Source: Spirochaetia bacterium
Lineage (GTDB): Bacteria; Spirochaetota; Spirochaetia; DSM-27196; Salinispiraceae
DNA: 64,000 bases
Direction: 5' to 3'
Assembly (NCBI GenBank): GCA_038204425.1
Contig: JBBRCZ010000009.1
Span: 1 to 64,000 of the forward strand
Part shown: piece after piece, positions 57,784-64,000 of the stretch
How the letters are laid out: every line of letters begins with the position of its first letter
Numbering within the stretch: position 1 is the first letter of the stretch
Made by a program: the position numbers and the translations under genes
Notes under the pieces: model-generated
Told to the model about the DNA's origin: nothing
Seen by the model: the letters and a program-made list of their open reading frames with translations, nothing else
Databases searched by the model: none

Positions 57784-58734
57784 TTATTTGTCCAATCGAG
57801 TTAAAATCCAATTCTGAACCGCTTGAATAAATTCTGCCTTCTCTGGTTCGTGCAACTGATCGTGATAGGAAGTCGCTGGTTCCAACAATAGTTTGTCAGC
57901 CGAACCAGCTCTTTTGGCCAACTGCCGACTGCCTTCAATGTTGGTAATCTTGTCAGCAGAGCTGTGGGTAATCAAGAAAGGCAAAGTGATTTTTTCCATG
58001 TTCGTCTGAACGTTATCGATCGCATCAGCAGTAGCTGCCGCCGATCTTGCGGGCAGATTGTCAAAAGAAATGAGTGTATCAGCTCTAAAAGCCGTCTGTG
58101 CTTCCTCGGTGCGCACAAAGTACGTATCTTCTAAAGGCTGAACGGATAGACTAGGCAAGACAAAGCCGAGTATTCGTACGACGAAGACTGAAAAACCAGA
58201 AACGTCATCGCCTAGCTTTAGTGCTGGGCCAGACAAAACCATGCCTGCTAAGTTTTTTTGGTGAACTAAGGCGTACTCTGTTGTAATCAAGCCCCCTAAA
58301 CTATGTCCAAAGGCGAATATCTTAAGGCCAGGAAAATCTTTTTGGGCTCTTAGGATGATCCGATCTAAATCATTGGTTACTTGAGTCATGGAATCAAAAC
58401 GCTGGCGTTCTCCTTCACTTCGACCGAATCCGCGCAAATCCTGGGCATAAACTACTAAACCGTTTGTGGCTAATGACTCTGCAAGTTCTGCATAGCGCAG
58501 CGCATGATCTCGCAGACCATGTGTTATGACCACCACACCTTGGGGAGAGGACGTGGGCATCCAACGGTAACCCTGCAAGTTGAGCCCGTCCTCAGAAACC
58601 GTGGTGAACGATTCAAACACGTACTGATCTGTTTTGGTATTCTCTGGGACAGGCGGGGCCACAAAAGTTGTGTTGGCACAGTTTACCAAGATTAGAGTCA
58701 GTAAAATAAAAAACGACAGTTTAAAAAATCTCAT
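57784..58734 (-). CDS. Alpha/beta hydrolase (lysophospholipase/monoglyceride lipase-like), lipoprotein
   Basis: Lipobox LVNC, THGLRDH, DLRGFGRS, GHSLG, D and H of the triad (ADKIT, YHDQLHEP). Confidence 0.92.
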   Translation of the reverse strand: MRFFKLSFFILLTLILVNCANTTFVAPPVPENTKTDQYVFESFTTVSEDGLNLQGYRWMPTSSPQGVVVITHGLRDHALRYAELAESLATNGLVVYAQDLRGFGRSEGERQRFDSMTQVTNDLDRIILRAQKDFPGLKIFAFGHSLGGLITTEYALVHQKNLAGMVLSGPALKLGDDVSGFSVFVVRILGFVLPSLSVQPLEDTYFVRTEEAQTAFRADTLISFDNLPARSAAATADAIDNVQTNMEKITLPFLITHSSADKITNIEGSRQLAKRAGSADKLLLEPATSYHDQLHEPEKAEFIQAVQNWILTRLDK

Positions 58735-58818
58735 CTTTATGTGCCCTCCTTTGAGCACAGAAGAAATGTAATACACCGTTCTTTATATGTCCAGTGTTCT
58801 TCTTGGCCCAACCGTATC

Positions 58819-58856
58819 TTGTTTGTTTTGCCCAATTCCGCTAGGATAGCGCAATG
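58819..58856 (+). promoter_or_regulatory. Promoter, probable leaderless start of tetR
   Basis: TTGTTT-17nt-TAGGAT, 6 nt before ATG 58854; no SD. Confidence 0.45.
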
Positions 58857-59465
58857 TCCGTAACAGACCGAAAAGAGAGAGACCTTGCTGCCCGCCGCAG
58901 AAAAATCTTGGATGCGGCTTGGTCTCTGGCGGAAACGGAAGGCTGGTCGGGCGTTTCCATTCGCAAATTGGCCGAAATTATTGAGTACGGTCCTACAGTT
59001 CTCTATCAACACTTTACCAACAAAGATGAAATTCTGCGTGAGCTTAGAGAAGAGGCTTTTGACGAACTGATTGAGGCTCTAGCTGAGGCGTGGGGAAAAG
59101 CTGCCCCTAGGCATGAGATTCAATCACTTGCACAGGCCTATCTCGACTTCGGAATTCACAGGAAAGTACGATACGAAGTGATGATGGAATTAGGTGGAGT
59201 GATTTTTAGCGAAAAACACCCAACGGCAAAAGCCGCTCAATTGATGCAGGAGGTTGAAAGTGCAATCAAGGCTTGGTGCCTTTCCGAAGGTTTAAAGGTA
59301 GAGCATTTAACTATGGAGTGGTTCGAACTATGCCTCTATTTGCACGGTCTTGTAGCCGCTCGGTCAATCAGTTTTATACAGGATTCCGAACAGACTCTAA
59401 AAGCCTTATTTCAATTTGGCGTCAACGATTTGATGAATGCTTGGCGTCTGAGGTTTGCGAAATAA
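58854..59465 (+). CDS. TetR/AcrR family regulator (WHG-like C-terminus)
   Basis: ILDAA..L..EGW..VSIRKLAEIIEY.P..LYQHF.NKDEI; YLHGL. Confidence 0.93.
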   Translation: MSVTDRKERDLAARRRKILDAAWSLAETEGWSGVSIRKLAEIIEYGPTVLYQHFTNKDEILRELREEAFDELIEALAEAWGKAAPRHEIQSLAQAYLDFGIHRKVRYEVMMELGGVIFSEKHPTAKAAQLMQEVESAIKAWCLSEGLKVEHLTMEWFELCLYLHGLVAARSISFIQDSEQTLKALFQFGVNDLMNAWRLRFAK

Positions 59466-59518
59466 GTAATCTTGCTGCACTTTCCGCTCTCTTAGTCGCG
59501 TGCTCTATACAAATTTGT

Positions 59519-60436
59519 TCAAAAAATCTCCGGGACCACAATTTCTGATGGAATAGCTGCGCGCACATAGTCTTGGTGGTGTTCGCGCGGTGGCAAGACT
59601 ATGTGAGGATGGGTAACTTCCTCGTAGGGCATTTGGCTTAAAAGGTGATGGATGCAGTTGAGGCGAGCCTTTTTTTTGTCCACCGCCTGCACAACCCACC
59701 AAGGTGCCTCTGCAATATGGGTACGTTCAAACATAATTTCTTTTGCCTTGGTATATTCTTCCCACCGTTTGCGTGATTCAAGATCCATCGGGCTGAGCTT
59801 CCATTGTTTGAGTGGATCATGAATACGCCCCAAAAAACGCATATGTTGTTCTTGGTCAGAAATGGAAAACCAGTACTTAATAAGTTGAATACCCGACCGT
59901 ACCAGCATTCGTTCAAATTCGGGGACCGAGCGAAAAAACTCTTCGTACTGTTCGTCAGAGCAAAAGCCCATAACCCGTTCCACGCCAGCTCGGTTATACC
60001 ATGAGCGGTCAAAAAAAACGATCTCGCCGGCTGATGGAAGATGCGAAATATAGCGTTGAAAGTACCACTGAGTTTTTTCACGTTCGTTTGGGGCGGGGAG
60101 GGCAGCGACACGGCACACGCGTGGATTAAGTCGCTGGGTAATGCGTTTAATTACACCACCTTTTCCTGCGGCATCTCTGCCTTCAAAAAGTATGACAACT
60201 TTATGCCCGGTTGCGACGACCCAATCCTGCAGTTTTACCAGCTCGCCTTGCATGCGAAATAGTTCGCGAAAATATTTGCGTCGATATTCTTTTTCTTCAG
60301 TAGTGATTGAAGCGATGCCGTCTTCGGAGTTTCTTTCGGTTAGATAATCTTCTAACTCCATTTCTAGTTCTTCGTCGTAGATGTCACTAAGATCGCGGTG
60401 CACGCGTCGTACAAGTTCTTCTTCGCTGGTGCTCAT
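59519..60436 (-). CDS. ppk2: Polyphosphate kinase 2
   Basis: FEGRDAAGKGG, QWYFQRY, FDRSWYNRAGVERVMGF, WKLSPMD. Confidence 0.96.
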   Translation of the reverse strand: MSTSEEELVRRVHRDLSDIYDEELEMELEDYLTERNSEDGIASITTEEKEYRRKYFRELFRMQGELVKLQDWVVATGHKVVILFEGRDAAGKGGVIKRITQRLNPRVCRVAALPAPNEREKTQWYFQRYISHLPSAGEIVFFDRSWYNRAGVERVMGFCSDEQYEEFFRSVPEFERMLVRSGIQLIKYWFSISDQEQHMRFLGRIHDPLKQWKLSPMDLESRKRWEEYTKAKEIMFERTHIAEAPWWVVQAVDKKKARLNCIHHLLSQMPYEEVTHPHIVLPPREHHQDYVRAAIPSEIVVPEIF

Positions 60437-60506
60437 GAATAACTCCTCATTATACGCCCTATAGAACTATAACTACGCAAGATACCGGTTTGGTCTTGGT
60501 GAAAGT

Positions 60507-60957
60507 TTGGTTAAATCAAGCTTTGGCTCTGGCAAAAGTCCACTAGTTTTTGGAACCATTGCGGCGGAAAGCCAAAGGTTGATCAGCGAGACTTATCCTG
60601 CCTTTGTGCAGCAGTTTATGCCGCACTATGGCCAGCCCGATGCCGACCTGCTAGAGAACATTTCCGCTGCCATCATTGTCAATCAGCAGCGGCTTGGCGG
60701 CAATGGACATGGCAGCCGTGATTGATGAAAGCAAATCGCTCAATGCGGGCGCTTTGTTGCCTAAGGATTATGCGGCTGATTCCTGGTACTGGGAAATCTA
60801 CAAAAACTATAGCCTGTTTGACATGGACAAGCCAATCAATAAATTCACCAAAGATGAGCGGAAAAATCTCTTGCAACACGACGATGGACGCAAGATCAAA
60901 GTGGGCAAAATTGGCCTCACTTATGAAGGGATTGTCAACAAGCTCAAGAATGTTTAG
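60507..60957 (+). pseudogene. UvrA-like (UvrA2/DrrC) ABC ATPase remnants
   Basis: GSGKSPLVFGTIAAESQRLISETY.AFVQ.FMP...PD.D..ENISAAIIV.Q.RLGGN, then in another frame DESKSLNAGA...FDMDKP...TYEGIV. Confidence 0.85.
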
Positions 60958-61126
60958 GTCTCAATGCCCCGCCGGTTTTACTCAGCTTTGCGAGTCAGAA
61001 TACTGCTATAACAGGTCATAATCAAAAGAATGTACTTAAAAACCTTTTTTTTTGCCGTTCTAGTGCTAAAATTAAGGATAGTTAGTTATACCGTATTTAA
61101 AAAAAGTGCCAATGGAGGCCTAAATC

Positions 61127-63103
61127 ATGAAAAATACAAGCAACGTTTTATTAATACTCGCTCTTCTCGTCAGCATTTTTGCAATAAGTTCGTGTACCCT
61201 TGTGGACAATCCCAACACCCTGCCCACGCTTCAAGTTTTACCTGGTAGCGAAGAACTGCAAAATTTTCAAACCACTTTTATGGCAAGCTTCGAAATGTTC
61301 AATGGCAGTTTTAGTAGCTCGTCACGTGCCTTAACGCCTTTTCAACAACGAGCGAGCAGCTCCCAACAGGCCCGGGCAACCGTGCCACTATTTGGTGCTG
61401 ACTCAATTACTTTGCCCACTGGGAGCACCGAGCTTACTGGAAGCCGCAGTGATTATCCAGAACCAGCCCAAAATTCTAATTGGACAATTAGAGGATTTCC
61501 TCCAGTGCCAAATGCTTATGAGATTAAGGTTACGACCAGCTTTCAGAGCTACGATCCTCGTTCTTTTCAAGAAGAAATTTATCTCATCAAGGATGTTGAT
61601 ACTAATGGCCAATGGACCACCGCTGATTTAATTATTGACAGTACTGGTGTACAAAATGATGCCTATAGACTCTACAATCGACTTTACTACCGAGATGGAA
61701 GTTTTCAGGACGAGGTAATTGTTCAGGTGAGAAAACCAACTACAGCAGGCAATATGTTAACAGGCTATGATTATTTTGGAGTCTTTGATGCCAGCGACGC
61801 ATTAGATTACCCGGACGTTTTTGCACCAACGCTTCATGGAGGAGTTGGCGGTGCTACCTACTCATCGGTTGTTGCCTACACGAGATCGTTTCTTAGTGCG
61901 CCTAGTTACTCTTTTTGGGCTGGCAAGCGCGCTCGAAGCATTGTTGGCGTGCGTTACTATACCGAGCACTTGACCGAAGGCGACACCAAGTTAGTATCTG
62001 ACCTTGCGATGTTTGAAAAAGCCATCGATAGTTTGGTAACAACCAGTGGCAGCTTTGTTAACGCATCATCTGACTTGTTTTTGCCAGCCCTAGCAAGCAA
62101 CCGAAATCCTACCTTGCTAAGTCAAAGTGTTTTGCGACAGCAAATTACCTACGGTTGGAATAGTGCAAGTTCTACAGTCAACTACAATTCCGCCAGCCGA
62201 GACACGCGTATGAAAACCGTGGTGGTCAATATTAGCAATAATGCTGACTATTACATTACTCGCGTTAACAATGAGGCAGCGCTCTTAGTAAATGGTAGCT
62301 CTACTATTAACATCCCCAGCGGTGACGCTACGGAAATTGTAAATAGCGATCCCGATGCTGCAGTTTTTAATAAATTTGATCAAAAAACGGTTACTACTGG
62401 AAGTCTAACACCTCTCGATATTGTGGTAGGTACTGCTACTGGCGATCTTGGCACACTTTACAAAAGCCTTGCAGAAGGCGCAGCCAGCATTGCTATTAAT
62501 GGAGCAGATGATATCCCTGGCGACATAACTGGTACCGTGGATGTAAAATCTTTTAGTGGTGCACAGGGTTTTGATACAGGCGCAAATGCCTCTTATACAG
62601 CGGCAGGAACCGTCGAAGCTTGGGTTTACATGAACAGTGTTACTGATACCGGTGGTATTGTACACGCTGGTAAAAATTCTGATTGGCTTGATGAATTGTG
62701 GTCATTACAGTTAAACGGTACCTCAAGACAAGTAATGTTTGCTTTAGTAGCTCAAGGTCCTTACACGTATGGCTATGCACTTTCTGGTACCAAAATAAAC
62801 ACAAAAAAATGGTACTATCTTGTCGGTACATGGTCTAGCAATGCCACTAATACCACACTTAAAGTATATATCAATGGCGTATTGGACAAGACAAGTACTT
62901 CTGCCAATGTCAAAACAAGCTCAAGCTATTCTGGCCCCGTTGACGTAATTGTAGGTTCACAGTTTTATGCAGACAAAGTGCTACCTGGTTACTATGGTTT
63001 TGATGGTAAGATCAATGGCGTATTGTTTAGCGCTGCAGCTAAAACACCGACAGAAATCCTAGACTTCTATAATTTGCACAAGGCAAAGACTGCCAACTGG
63101 TAA
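61127..63103 (+). CDS. Large lipoprotein with C-terminal LamG domain
   Basis: GGAGG RBS, lipobox ISSC, TVEAWVY, KWYYLVGTW, KVYINGVL, FDGKING. Confidence 0.85.
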   Translation: MKNTSNVLLILALLVSIFAISSCTLVDNPNTLPTLQVLPGSEELQNFQTTFMASFEMFNGSFSSSSRALTPFQQRASSSQQARATVPLFGADSITLPTGSTELTGSRSDYPEPAQNSNWTIRGFPPVPNAYEIKVTTSFQSYDPRSFQEEIYLIKDVDTNGQWTTADLIIDSTGVQNDAYRLYNRLYYRDGSFQDEVIVQVRKPTTAGNMLTGYDYFGVFDASDALDYPDVFAPTLHGGVGGATYSSVVAYTRSFLSAPSYSFWAGKRARSIVGVRYYTEHLTEGDTKLVSDLAMFEKAIDSLVTTSGSFVNASSDLFLPALASNRNPTLLSQSVLRQQITYGWNSASSTVNYNSASRDTRMKTVVVNISNNADYYITRVNNEAALLVNGSSTINIPSGDATEIVNSDPDAAVFNKFDQKTVTTGSLTPLDIVVGTATGDLGTLYKSLAEGAASIAINGADDIPGDITGTVDVKSFSGAQGFDTGANASYTAAGTVEAWVYMNSVTDTGGIVHAGKNSDWLDELWSLQLNGTSRQVMFALVAQGPYTYGYALSGTKINTKKWYYLVGTWSSNATNTTLKVYINGVLDKTSTSANVKTSSSYSGPVDVIVGSQFYADKVLPGYYGFDGKINGVLFSAAAKTPTEILDFYNLHKAKTANW

Positions 63104-63111
63104 GACAAAAC

Positions 63112-63139
63112 AAAGGCCTCCCGCTCGGGAGGCTTTTTT
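63112..63139. terminator. Rho-independent terminator between convergent genes
   Basis: aaag-gcctccc-gctc-gggaggc-tttttt. Confidence 0.85.
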
Positions 63140-64000
63140 ACGCCATGGCTCGCGAAAAGATGCGACGTTCTATAGTTTTTGCCGCATCCGTCAATAGGAA
63201 CCAGGTCACCACAGCGCTTGTAAAAGCAGAAACCAAATAACCAAGCCCGGGGGTCAAGTCCGGTAAAAAATAGTAGAGCACCGGAAACACCAACCCGTTT
63301 AAAAGTATGAAGATCAGTGCCGCGACAAAGGCCTGTCGATACAGTTCAAAGTAGTACAAAAAATTAGTGAGTGTCATAAACAACAATTGGAAATACATGG
63401 CGCCAAGAACTAAAATAGTGTGGTTGCGCATTGCCACATCGTCCATCAACCACATAGCTAAAATGACCCCAAGACTGGTAAACACTGCCTGAAACACATT
63501 TTGAGCACCGACCTCTGCCTTTAAAACCCTTATCATTTCATATTTTGACTTCTGAATTTCATTATATGGTACGGTCAATAGGGAATGTAAAAAATGATTT
63601 AAGGCGCGATAAAAGGCAGTTTCGCAAAAAATGACAAAGTATACCAAGCCAGGAATTATTGAAAGACCTGCCAAATAAACAGGCAGGTCGTATTGGTCAA
63701 ACAATCTAAAAAAACTGCCTTCGACGGGGGTGCCGCGATTAATCCAGAAGAATATTTTGTCCGTCCATTGACCACAATAGAAAAATAAACCCGACAAGAC
63801 CAAGAGAAAATATTTTTGATAATAGGTCTTCAATTTCTTTAAGCGATGCTTTGGTCGACGTGGTGGATACACTAAAAAACTCATTGTAGCGAGTGCCACT
63901 ACAATCAAAAAATGTCCAGCTGCAAATCCGCTAACAGCACCGGCGGCGCCCCAAAGTTGCCCCCACCAGACTACCAGTCCTATTGAGGCCACCATGCCAG
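63138..64000 (-). CDS. pelG: Pel exopolysaccharide exporter, C-terminal part (runs off window)
   Basis: YCGQWTDKIFFW, YDLPVYLA.LSIIPGLV.F...ETAFY, LYYFE, GLGYL motifs of the PelG family. Confidence 0.8.
   Translation of the reverse strand, partial: GMVASIGLVVWWGQLWGAAGAVSGFAAGHFLIVVALATMSFLVYPPRRPKHRLKKLKTYYQKYFLLVLSGLFFYCGQWTDKIFFWINRGTPVEGSFFRLFDQYDLPVYLAGLSIIPGLVYFVIFCETAFYRALNHFLHSLLTVPYNEIQKSKYEMIRVLKAEVGAQNVFQAVFTSLGVILAMWLMDDVAMRNHTILVLGAMYFQLLFMTLTNFLYYFELYRQAFVAALIFILLNGLVFPVLYYFLPDLTPGLGYLVSAFTSAVVTWFLLTDAAKTIERRIFSRAMA

Noticed and set aside
1..64000. rRNA, tRNA, prophage or integrase
   Set aside because: None recognised by eye; intergenic gaps are short or explained by remnants. 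tRNAscan/Infernal were not run.

Overview
Bacterial chromosomal window, probably from a spirochaete. This is inferred from spirochaete-style lipoprotein and 'AGGSSE' signal peptides, an Rpn nuclease and a TPR/transglutaminase envelope protein; no phylogenetic marker is present. No rRNA, tRNA, CRISPR array or IS transposase was recognised. Main blocks: (i) ricin-lectin lipoprotein(s) plus AraC-lacZ-AraC; (ii) an envelope module (beta-barrel OMP, 1058-aa propeller/TPR/transglutaminase-like protein, TPR partner, LamG lipoprotein); (iii) an Rrf2-sbp-cysTWA sulfate uptake operon; (iv) a metal/redox neighbourhood (orphan Fe3+-binding protein, candidate flavinylated lipoprotein, RcnA/DUF1007, thioredoxin-CcdA, CobW); (v) an ~10 kb pseudogene graveyard at 26.5-36.1 kb (kefG/kefB, DUF3179, YARHG, M15 peptidase, P-type ATPase, MBL hydrolase, two VapBC loci), eroded by internal deletions, frameshifts and nonsense codons, followed by an intact rpn gene with a likely intragenic antitoxin start; (vi) a complete, intact ~17 kb aryl polyene (ape) biosynthetic cluster with an ammonia-lyase and an inverted PPTase; (vii) a hydrolase/TetR pair, ppk2, ZIP and UvrA-like remnants, a LamG lipoprotein and the 3' end of a pelG-like exopolysaccharide exporter. 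All family calls come from motif recognition by eye, not database searches.
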